Shown: positions 35,601 through 45,777 of the stretch, in pieces
How the letters are laid out: every line of letters starts with the position of its first letter
Position numbering within the stretch: position 1 is the stretch's first letter
Source: Moniliella sp. 'wahieum'
Lineage: Eukaryota
Direction: 5' to 3'
NCBI GenBank assembly: GCA_003971905.1
Contig: RSEE01000037.1
Location: 310,001-374,000, forward strand
Length of the DNA stretch: 64,000 nt
Position numbers and translations under genes: made by a program
Notes under the pieces: generated by a model
The model's input: only the letters and a program-made list of their open reading frames with translations
Database searches by the model: none
Told to the model about the DNA's origin: nothing

Positions 35601-37587
35601 GGGGCGGTGCGATGCTTGGCGGACGACGAAATGTGTGCCTGCATGGGGGCGTGACGCGAGTCGGGATTGCCTTTCTTGCGCCTGCCAAACCGGGAGTGAG
35701 CAGACGAGCTGGGGCGAAGACTAGGCGGACCGAGCGAAGGTACACCCAAGGTACCCACTGTTGTCGCCGACGACGACTCATGGGCATACAACGGTGTCGT
35801 CTTCGGCTCCCGGGGGAGAGAGAAGAGATGGTGGGCGTCCCAGCCAGGGGGGAGAATGCCACCTCAGCACGGGGCTTGTCGCTATTGTCGTTTTTGCCCT
35901 TATCTTTTCCAAACGCTAAAGCGGTCAAGAGTGTGCCGGCCGAGCCGGAACGTTTCCTCCGTTCTGATCTTGCCGGCACCGGCGCAGCTTCGGGAAATGG
36001 AAGCAAGTTGCTACCCCCTCTTGGGGCCGGGAGCTGGATGTGGGCGAATCGGGGATGAAATGTGGGACCGGGGAGAGACGATCGACTTCACTGATTGGAA
36101 CAACATCCGAGGTTGGGGAGTCACTGTCGGGGGTGCACTGGGTCTTATTGTCGAGCGGTGCGGGGGGGGGTCCAGCAACGGGGGAGAGCACCGACGGGGA
36201 TGGTGGGCTGTTGGCTGATGATAAGGGGAGAGCAGCACATGGCGCGAAGGTCCCGACATACGAGGCGGACCGGCGATACGCGGTGCGCGCCTGGTCGTCG
36301 GATGATAAACGAGGTACTGACGAGGCATTCAAAACCGGGGGGAGGCATGCACTGGCTGGCTGAGTCGTTCAGACGGTACCCGCTCCGTTGTTTCGGTAGT
36401 ACTCTTCTCCCTCATACTGCTGGAGCTGCTGGAGACGCCTTTGTCCTTAGGCTTGTTGAGCTTGTTGCCAGTGCCCTTGTCCTTGTCCTTGTCCTTGTCC
36501 TTGTCCTTATCCTTCAGCCCCATCCAAGACGCCAGGCTGACAGCGGAAGCGAGCGAAACCGTGCGCGAACGCGAGTGCCCCGACGTCGGGCGGCCCCTGC
36601 GCCCCCTGGCAATGTGCTCGATGGCAGAACCGGTTTGGGATCTAACGGTGTGCCAGGAAGTACATTGTGTTAATGGGACCACTCTCATGGTACTTGAGTT
36701 CGGAAGGCACTGCAGGAACGGGAGGAATGTTGACCGTGGCGTGGAGTATCCCCATTGGTCGGAGAAAGAGGATAAGGATGAGTATGTTGCCCTTGGGCTC
36801 GAGCCTCAGAGCGTTTCTTGCCTCGCATCCGAGGAATGGAGAGCGTCCGCTTTCGCAGGCCTTTAGGTCGAGATGCAGCCTGCGCTGGATTTGCATCGTT
36901 TCCTGTCCCGGACGCCCCGTGGGCGAACGGAGCGGGTGCCGCGGGGGGCACTGTCGACAGCCGCGTATTGTCCAACGGCAACGGCGGGAGCCGAGGTGAG
37001 GAGAGAAGCCGTTCGGACGTGCACTCTGCGGCACAGTGGATGGAAGCGGCGAGGGCTTGGATGGAGGAGGAGTGCCAGGCACGGGGGATAAAGAAGCACG
37101 ATGCGGATGGGTTGTGTTGACGGCAGGCGGCGAAGCGGGAAGGCGATGGATGGCACGAGTGGGCATCTGTGCTGGATCGTCCGACTGGCGACGGGCCATG
37201 AGAACCGCATCGGGGGAAGCAGCCCCAACCGCTGCCCGTGCAGCAGCAGAGGCGGGGAAGGCGGATGGGATGTGGCTCACAACACGGCGACGTCGAAAGG
37301 GGGACTTGAGGGCAGCAACGAGGCGGTTGTTCTTGTGATCGCGCTTGGACGGCGAGGGCAGGGGTGGGGAAAGAACTGCATTCTTGCCTCTTGCACTGAC
37401 AGCCGGGGGGAGCAGGCCGTGGACGGAGGCAGGGGCAGGGCGGGTGTGCGCGAGGGCGGCGGGACAAGGTGTGGGGCGGACTGGCGGCAATGCGGGCGGG
37501 ATAAACGTGCTCGGCCGACCTGGACGGGAGGGCGGCGGCGGGGAGAGAGAGCCGAGACGCCGAGGCGAGCGGGTGCTCGTGGGGCAT
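32627..37587 (-). CDS. ATG4: Atg4 cysteine protease (peptidase C54) with a long disordered N-terminus; intron ~34267-34193
   Basis: DFTSRIWCSYR, catalytic TDAGWGCMLRTGQSLLAN, PFSVHR, GEWFGPS, FPQSVGIAGGKPSSSYYF and LYLDP(H)H, where the His codon has lost one base. Start and end are approximate. Confidence 0.92.
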
Positions 37588-38219
37588 GCCGGGGGGGGGG
37601 GCGTGCGTCGGGGAGGGACGGGACGGAGGGGCTGGGTTGAGTGGGTGCGGGTGGGGGGTGGTGTGTCGGAGGCGCTGCGGCGGGGCTGGAGGCGGCGGTG
37701 GTGGAGGCGGAGGCGGAGGCGGAGGTGGGGTGGCGGTGGTGGTGGTGCTGGGCGCGGCCAGGGGGGGGAGGGGCGCCGGCCTCGACGGCGGCGACGGCGT
37801 CCAGACACACCGACACGCGCGCAGCCATGGGCGGATGGGAGCAGGCCGGAGCGAAGAGCGCGTCGACGGCCGGTCGGAGGCGGCTGCTGGGCCCAAGCGC
37901 CGCCGGACACCGGTGTCTGCCCCGCACGTGACGCGACCCGCCGGCGCGTAGCCTGCGCCCAGCCAGACCCTCCCACCACGCGCGTCACGTGCCCTCTGCG
38001 TCCCCGGCCCTGGCCCGGTACGTACGGCGCCGCGCTGACGTGGCACCCCGCAGCACGCACCCCGCCAGTGTCGTGCGTCCGGCCAGCTGACGTCATCCCA
38101 GCATATGGCATGTAGCGCCCATGCCGCCACCGGCCGCCCCACTCCTCCGCCCGCCCCCACACCCCCCACCTCCCCCCCGGCACGACGCTCCAGGCTCCCT
38201 ACGTCACCGCTTCGCCAGC

Positions 38220-38705
38220 ATGGCCAGCCAGCCCCCCCTCCGCCCCCCCGCGCACCGCCACGCATGCCGCCCCAGGCCTCCGGCCTCCCTCTCCAGGCCG
38301 GCCCCCAAGGCGCGCCTTCCCCTGTGGCCATCAGCCGTGCCAGCACCTGGAACGACATCCCGCCCCACATGCGTCCCGAAGCCATGCCCGCAGCACCCGC
38401 CCAAGAACCCACCCCCTGCCTATGCCCATCACGCCACCGCATCCGTGCCGGATGCTGCTGCCCCTCCTGCGCAGGGGTACCAACCTGCCCCGCCTGCCCA
38501 GCCGGCCGCTGCCGGCTATGGCTCCGCCCCCCCCCAAGCGTACGGCTCCGCCCCTCCCCAAGCGTATGGCTCCGCCCCGCCGGCACAGGCGTATAGCCCA
38601 GCGGCCCCACCCCAAGCACAAGGCGCACCGCCTCCTCAACAAAATTGGGCCTCCCCCCCTCCCCCGCACGTGTATGGTGCGCAGCCGCCACGTGGAGCAC
38701 CATAG
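38220..38705 (+). CDS. Small Pro/Ala/Gln-rich orphan protein with a TWNDIPP motif, PPAY and (AYGSAPPQ) repeats
   Basis: Joined from ORFs 38105..38596 and 38121..38705. It has 24-nt tandem repeats with synonymous variation (YGSAPP x3) and lies downstream of a CACGTG/ACGCGCGT-rich divergent promoter shared with ATG4. Confidence 0.55.
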   Translation: MASQPPLRPPAHRHACRPRPPASLSRPAPKARLPLWPSAVPAPGTTSRPTCVPKPCPQHPPKNPPPAYAHHATASVPDAAAPPAQGYQPAPPAQPAAAGYGSAPPQAYGSAPPQAYGSAPPAQAYSPAAPPQAQGAPPPQQNWASPPPPHVYGAQPPRGAP

Positions 38706-39325
38706 ACCCCTGGTCCTCTCTTTCCACTCGGGTCTGCTTTGCATCACCTGCTTTTTTCTTACCTGGCTTGCCGCTTTCTCTTACCCCCAACATTCGTCTT
38801 TCTACCTGGCACACGCAAGCTGCACCAGGCTCAATAGATATAGATACCTTTGCAATGGCGGCATGACTGCGTGGCGGAGCGCAGCTTGTCGAATCGCGGT
38901 GGTAAACGCGAGTGTCTACTATTGCAGCGACGAGTACCCCCCATATAAACCTACGAGCAGACTGACTAGTCGGGCCAGCCATGCAAAGGATGTTCATCTA
39001 ACGTTCACGCGTCACGCCCGCCGCAACGCCAGGCGGAGCACCGGTGCAACCTCCATCGTTTCTAGGATTCAACGTTCAACGGCTCGGGCAGCCACACTCA
39101 ACGTACTCAACCCCGCTCTCGTCTGCGCCCTCCACCATCCCTTCCTCCCGTACAATGAGGAGACGGTTGTATTCACTGTGACTAAGAGCTGGTTCACCCG
39201 ATGACAACTCTTGCGCCGCCTCAGTACTAGGCTCGCCCGTTGCGCCGGCTCCTCTTGACGATGTGCGGCTTTCGAATAATGAGGATGAAGGTTTCTGTGA
39301 GGGCTCAGCGAGATTCGACTTTGTG

Positions 39326-39743
39326 GAAGACGATGACGGCCCCCAAGACTCCTGCCATTAGAGTAGTGAAAGCCTGTGAACTGCCACGTGATGGCCGTAC
39401 GGTTGAACGCCATCAATCTGCATCCATCCTTCCTGGCCCAGCAGTGCATCGGGCTACTTGGGCCACCAGGAATAATGCCGTGGAAAAGATGACGAGATTA
39501 TACCATTTATCTCTGTCCACCCTTTCAACTCACACCCGGAACATGTGGTAAGTGAAGGAAAGGGTCAGGGCCTCATCATCAATTGTTCCTCTACGAGTCG
39601 TGCTAGTGGGGCTTCTGGGGCAAGAAAGCTTCCTGGTCGAGTGCAAGTGATGCTGGAAGCGGGATTTTGGATAAACCGCTCCGGAGGACCTCGGGTTATT
39701 GAGTTTGAGATGAGCTCACGAACGGCGATGGCGTGTAAATGAC
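39326..39743 (+). repeat. Direct repeat copy 1 (~415 bp), paired with 41852-42264
   Basis: Colinear high identity with copy 2, including a long identical block (ggcctcatcatcaattgttcc...gatgctggaa). Confidence 0.95.
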
Positions 39744-40583
39744 CAAAGAGACGGAGCACGCCCCTCTTTCAATTCCCTCACTCGTTAGCACAAACTTCGG
39801 CCAGCTCCTCCCACAGCAACCAAGGTGTTGACCCTGTCTCTTCTCAGTCCACCTCGACCACTTCCCACCGTGTTCTGGGGTCAGCCCCCCATCTAATCGA
39901 TCTGTGGTCTCTTCAGGATCTTCATCATCGCAGAACTCTTTGATGTCCAGTTCACCCGCGTTGTCGGTAGGGCAGTAGGATCTGACCAGTCAGGGACGCA
40001 GAGAATGGAACTCTGCAATGCATAGGGTTCCATGATGGTTGGAAAAACCTTGGCTGTAGGCACGCGTGGCTGGGGCGGTGGGACAAAAAAGTCTATGCTT
40101 AAGGAGGAAGAAGAAGAAGATGGCGCCCAGGAACGTGATGAGACCTGGGCCCTGATGGTTCTCGAGGGTGATGCAATCGCAGTGGTGGTGGTGGTGGTGG
40201 TGGTTGTCTAAGCCAACCAGCAACTCCTACAGTGGAACATCAAGCAGCGAGTCGCCACCAGGGGCTAAGCTGCGGAACAAGAAAAACAAGAGAGAGAAAA
40301 CAACGGAACTCCCAGGCCTGAGGAGGAACTGAAGGGATATCGGCCAAAGCACGAGCCCCGATAGCTCAACAAAACGCGGAATTCTAATGAGTATGGAGGG
40401 GGGTAGAGCATTGACACACCAGCCATGGCGAACGTTACAAAGGAAAATATTCAGGCAGCAAGGGAAGAGAGGCAAGGTATGGCCACGGCTTCGTTAGACT
40501 TGGACGGCGGAGGGGGTGCAGGCGGGGCTAGAAAGGGTTCAGGGAGCAAGGCAAAAAGAGAAAAACGTGGGGCAAGGGCGCCC

Positions 40584-41369
40584 TTAGACCTTGGACAGCT
40601 GAGATGCGGATTCATGGGAGGACCCAACGTATGGAGGCGGGGCGGAACTCGATCCTGGGTCAACCGCGTGAGCTTCTACATCCGCATCCAGCAGCGGCTC
40701 GCTCTCAGGCGCCGATGCCGGGTCATTCCGTTCCACGGGGCGCAGAGCATGAGCTCCTTCTTCCGAACCTGCCGTATCAAACATGCGGATGAGTAGCACG
40801 AGCATCCAGTCCACCAGTATCAGTGAGGCGCAGAACCATGTGACTATCATGGTCACGCATCTTGCCGCTTCGGGGCTCAAGGCTACCACAATTAAAGTGT
40901 TAGTAGGACGCGAAATCATTCAGGAAGACACGCACATTTCGGGGAGAATGGTATGATGATGAAGAAACTGCCCATTAAGACTAGAAATTGGTCAGAACCT
41001 GGATTGGATGAGTGGGGAGATACGTACCAATGCAAACCTCAAAGATGATGGCCAACATCATTGTATCGAACAATCCTGAGGCGGCGATGGTTGAAGGTCT
41101 GAGTGTACGGTCCAAGCTGACGTGCAACATGGCGAGCGTCCGAAACAAGTCGAGCATAAGCGCTACCGTACAAACCGCCCACACGGCAGGCGCCTCTGCC
41201 ATGAAGGATGCTGACTCAATGATGCAGGCGAGCAGACCGATGGTCTTGACCGCTGCTGCAACGGCCAGCCCGCACTTGATGGTCCAGCTAGTAAGCTGGT
41301 ACGTAGAAGTCTGTGCCTCTGTGACCGTTGTGGGGGGGGGATAGTCGGATTGGATGTGGCGCCGGTCAT
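40584..41369 (-). CDS. Orphan four-TM membrane protein with C-terminal dileucine (ESEPLL) and PPPY motifs; two introns
   Basis: Introns GTACGT..CTGAC..TAG (~41027-40981) and GTGCGT..CTAAC..TAG (~40935-40884) join three exons in frame: ..IIFEVCI|VLMGSFFIIIPFSPK|SLSPEAARCVTMIVTWFCASLILVDWMLVLLI..SKV*. One frameshift lies in a poly-G run near the start. Confidence 0.7.
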
Positions 41370-41516
41370 GGTGTGGGGGTGAGGGTGGCAAGAATCCCAG
41401 CTGACCTGGCGGGGCAGAGAGGACACGAGAGGGTGGATGAGCGGGTCTGGGCATCAGTGATGCATGATGCCCCTGAGGCCTGGTGCATGACATGTGACAG
41501 CATGGTGCAAGATATG

Positions 41517-41621
41517 ATGCATGACGCGTGACGCGTGACGCGACGTTGAACGTACTGAACGTACTGAACGTTGACGTTGAACGTTGAACGTTGAACGTTG
41601 AACGTTGAACGTTGAACGTTG
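41517..41621. repeat. Composite palindrome-G array: ATGCAT, ACGCGTx2, hybrid units, then (AACGTT-G)x6
   Basis: Read directly from the sequence; it lies about 150-250 nt upstream of the 4-TM gene. Confidence 0.95.
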
Positions 41622-41851
41622 ACCGGGGGGTCCGAGGGCCAATCACATGATCACTTCTTCCCCTGCCTCGCTCGCCTCCCACAACCATCATCACCGCCCC
41701 CCCAATCCTGCCGGCTCCATGGGGGGCGCGGTGTTCATGGGCGGGGCGTGCGACCAGGGGGAAAACACCAGATTAGTATATTCAAGCGGAGGGAGAGAGG
41801 GGAGAAGGGGGTCGAAACTTGCCTATATATATTGAACGCGAACTCAGAGGC

Positions 41852-42264
41852 GAAGACGATGACGACCCCCACGACTCCTGCCATTAGAGTAGTGAAAGCC
41901 TATGAACTGCCAAGTGATGGCCGTACAGTTCAACGCCATCAATCTACATCCACCCTTCCTGGCCCAGCAGTGCATCGGGTTACTTGAGTCACCAGGAATA
42001 TATGCCGTGGAAAAAGATGACGAGACTATCCCATTTATCTCTTTCCACCCTTTCAACTCACACCCGGAAACATCTGGTAATAAGTGAAGGAAAGGGTCAA
42101 GGCCTCATCATCAATTGTTCCTCTACGAGTCGTGCTAGTGGGGCTTCTGGGGCAAGAAAGCTTCCTGGTCGAGTGCAAGTGATGCTGGAATGGATAAACC
42201 GCTCCGGAGGACCTCGGGTTATTGAGTTTGATGAGCTCACGAACGACAATGGCGTGCGCATGAC
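41852..42264 (+). repeat. Direct repeat copy 2 (~413 bp), paired with 39326-39743
   Basis: Same sequence as copy 1 with substitutions, a 9-nt deletion and a 3-nt insertion. It is preceded by TATATATAT at ~41824. Confidence 0.95.
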
Positions 42265-43918
42265 TGCCTGATTAACGTTAATAGATAGTGTAAGGGTCGG
42301 GCGAGACGAGTGAGACCAAGTACCAAGGGAAGCAACACTGGTAGGGGGAAGAAGACAGGAGCGGCGAAGAGCAGTGAGAAGATTACCCTGATTAGTAGCT
42401 ACATTGAAGAGAGGACCGTGACCGATAGGATCTACTTTAGGGAAGTTCGTCACCTGGGTGAGACCGATCTACGGCGGGCTCACGAGCAGGGTGTTCAAGG
42501 GGGAAGATTGCATCGGGCATCGTTTCTTCGAGGGCTGGCAAGCAGCCACAACAAAGCTGCGTTCCAGACTGCCAAGAAAAGGCTGTGTTCCGACTTGTAC
42601 CGGTTTAAGGCGATTGCTGGTATCCAGCGCGAAATACCCGATGAGAGAGGGCTTCAAACCCGTCATCCTCCTGTTTAAAAAGAACCACGGAGAACCTCCA
42701 AAGGAGTCTGTCAAAGCCCGGTTGTTATTGCGCCAAATACCAATCCTCTAGCAAATGTAGATGGGCAAGGATGCTAACGACAAGAAATTGAAACCCCACA
42801 CACACCCCATGTGTCCCTTGAAAACCCCGCCACACTCATTCACTTGGTATTATACGCATGGTATGGCTGCGATGATTACACCTAGTTTGGACCTGCCAAT
42901 TGGCTTTCGAGTAGAGGATGTAGCGGGGCACCTCCATCTGCAAGCGGTGGGAGGGAGGGGTGGCGACGACTGGCCTGAGCTTGCTGGTGGCTGGGGCTGC
43001 GTTCCACTGGGTGCTGGCGGTTTGTATGGTATCCTGGTGTGGGCACATTGGATGCAACGTAGGCATAACAAGCCCCAAAACAGCAGACAACACACAGCAG
43101 CCGCTGCTTAATTGCCGGGCAGAACGTGTTATACAAATTCCGGTCGTCGGTTCCCAGCGAGCCGGGCCGGGTTGGGCGTATCGCGCGTATCATCGACATC
43201 CATCATGCATCAGCGCAACCAGGCGAAGTGGCAGCACTCCATGAGTGGTACCCGGTACTTAGCAGTACGTACTTGTCCTTATTACTTGTCCTTATCGATG
43301 TACCCACTGCACATGGCAGCTGACGTCACCGATGTTTAGCACACGGGACGCGTCCAGACTGGGACACTGGTCTGGTGGGGGGGGGATGCGGGCGGAGCGT
43401 GTGGCGTGAAGCGGCGCGAGTTCCTGAAGGACGTCACACATCATGTGCATCATGCATCATGCATGTCACATGTCATGCTGCATGCTGCTTCCTGCGTCGT
43501 CCTGCGTCTGCCCGGCTGTTCGGACGACGAGGAGACGAGCAGCTGCCTGCTGGTGCCTGCTGCTGCCCTCCCGCCTCACGCTGCCCCCACGCTGCCCGTC
43601 AAGCTGATTTCCCATGGGCACCTGCCCCGTGCCTGCTCCCGTCCTGCGCGCATCCGCAGCATCCGCCCATCGACCGTCTCAGACCTCAGCAGCACTGCGG
43701 CTCAGCACCAGCCTACGTTAGCCGCGCCAGCCTACGCCCGCCAGCCCATCCCCCCCGCGCCCCCAGCGCCCAGGGACAGGCAGGACACGCCAGGCTTCAC
43801 TGCCTTTTCGCCGGTTGCCTTCAAGCTTCACGACGCCTACCCCTCCCGCCCGTCCGTTAGCGCGTGGGTGCGCCCTCCTCGTGCCCCTCCCTTCTTGCGC
43901 CGCAACTCCTCCCTGCCC

Positions 43919-45777
43919 ATGCCGCCCCCAGCGCGGCCTGCCGTCCGTGCGGACACCGGCCCGTCACCCACCCCCCTTCAGCCGTCCCCAACCGCGCCAC
44001 CAGCCTCCCCGCGATAGCACGCTGGCACCGAGGCTGGTGGAGGTGGCACAGCATACTCCCTGTCGGACAGGCAAGGCGCCGCTTCCACCTCCGCCCAAGG
44101 AGGCCAAGACGATGGGGATTCGCCTCATGCTTCTTCCACCCCCTCGGCACCGGCACTGGCAACAACGGTTCGGCATCCCCTTCTTCCGTCTCCTATGGCA
44201 ACCAAGATCCGGCATCCAGCGATGGTGACGGTGGTTCCGGCCCAGGAGCTGGCTCTAGCACTCACCGTGGCGGAGGTGACCCATCTTCATCGAGCGACAA
44301 CGCGGGCGGAGGCGAGCCCTCTACATCCAGCTACGGCGGTGGTGGCGGGGCTACGAGCACCAACGATTCCTCTGGCAGTGGCAGCGGAGGTGGGACCACC
44401 ACCGAGACCCCCGGCTCTGGCGGAGGCAGCCGCCCTCATACCACCACTACCATTACCGAACCAGCTTCGAGCACGATACCGATGCAATCGACCACCTACA
44501 CTACCATCTATGCCACGCCTACCGTTTCCCGCTCTGCCGTCTACACCACCATCACCTCCACCTCCACGCCCCGCCCGATTCCCAAACGGAGACGGAAAGC
44601 TTGACTGAACATCGGACCACGCTTTCGTCCCCAGTTACCACTGATATTATCACCCGTACCTCCACGCCTTCCACCCCGGACCTGTCCATTTCCAGATCGT
44701 TGGGCCAGAGTGTGATTTCGATCGAACCAGTTACCCTTACCCGCTCCGTGACCAATGGGGACGGACCCGCCTCTTTGACCACCATCACGTCGTCCACAGT
44801 GTATGCAGCTGCCTCCCCCGGTAGCCATTCCTCTGGGTTTTTCTCGGATGGAGGCGCGGTCGGGGCACGTTTGCGGCGGTAGGGATTGTGGCGGTGGTGT
44901 TACTGGGGTAGTAGTGGCTTGGCTTTGGTGCGCAAGCGCAGAGAGCGCCGCATGGACGCTGACATTGTCGCCGCCACCACGGCTGGCGCGCAGCAACGCG
45001 CCAGCCCTTTGCCGACGACGATGACGATAACGATTTTGCCTTGGAGGCCAATGGGGACATGGAAGAACACAGCGGGCACGATCCTGTCTCTGGATACCCA
45101 GCCATGCGTTCTGCGGCGAATCAGCCTGTGTCGCCAAGGTCGTTTGGGGAGTATGGGCCGGTGAGCGGTCGCTATGGTGCGTCTCCGACGAGTGCCGAGT
45201 ACCCCTCTGCGTCCTTGTATGGACCGGAAGGCTCGGCTCAGTACGAGAGCCCCTACTACCCCTCTTCGGGGGGGAACTCTTCTGCCGTGGCGCGGGCTAC
45301 GGCGGCTGCTCCGGCTGCCGCTGCCGGCGGCTCAGCCTCGATTCCCGATGAGTTCAGCGCAGGAGAGGCGTTCCCCACCCTCCTCGAGAGGGTATGGTGC
45401 GCCGAATGAATATGCAGGCTACGGCACCTACCGTCCCGCAACCTCCTGCTGCATACTACGGTCAATTTCCTGGCAACCGCCATATTCTTTCCCGTACGGG
45501 ATGGATTCTTCTCATGTGCCCGCATTCCCAGATGGAAGCTCCTACACTGCCCATGACATGCCTTATCCCGCCGGAGGGGCTGGGGGGGGACGTCCGCCAG
45601 TGGGGGGGCAGGATCGCCCTTTGCCGATCGAGCACATGGGCCAAACGAGACGGACACATTGGCTTCGCCCAACCTTCGGCGTCGGCGACGCATGCCTTCT
45701 ACTCGGAACACGCTCCAGGAGACAGCGAGAGTCTGAGCAAGGGCCACTCCTTCTCGAGGTCAGGTCATGCATTTTGA
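43919..45777 (+). CDS. Mid2-like Ser/Thr/Gly-rich single-pass cell-surface (mucin-type) protein
   Basis: Long S/T/G-rich ectodomain, then SGFFSDGGAVG(G)TFAAVGIVAVVLLGVVV as TM, RKRRERRMDAD, and a Tyr/Pro-rich cytoplasmic tail. The start and signal peptide are not resolved. Confidence 0.7.

Noticed and set aside
36642..38997. Long minus-strand ORFs of 770 and 513 aa
   Set aside because: These are GC-rich read-through frames combining the antisense of the Pro-rich gene, promoter DNA and part of the Atg4 N-terminus. They are not independent genes.
39565..40475. Minus-strand frame with only two stops, suggesting readthrough or a His-rich protein
   Set aside because: The His run is a (GTG)n microsatellite, the TGA sits in a CTGAC..CAG acceptor-like context, there is no recognisable domain, and the frame is compatible with chance.
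39326..42264. LTR retrotransposon
   Set aside because: The repeats lack TG..CA termini, PBS/PPT and target-site duplication, and the interior is a spliced cellular-type gene with no gag/pol motif.
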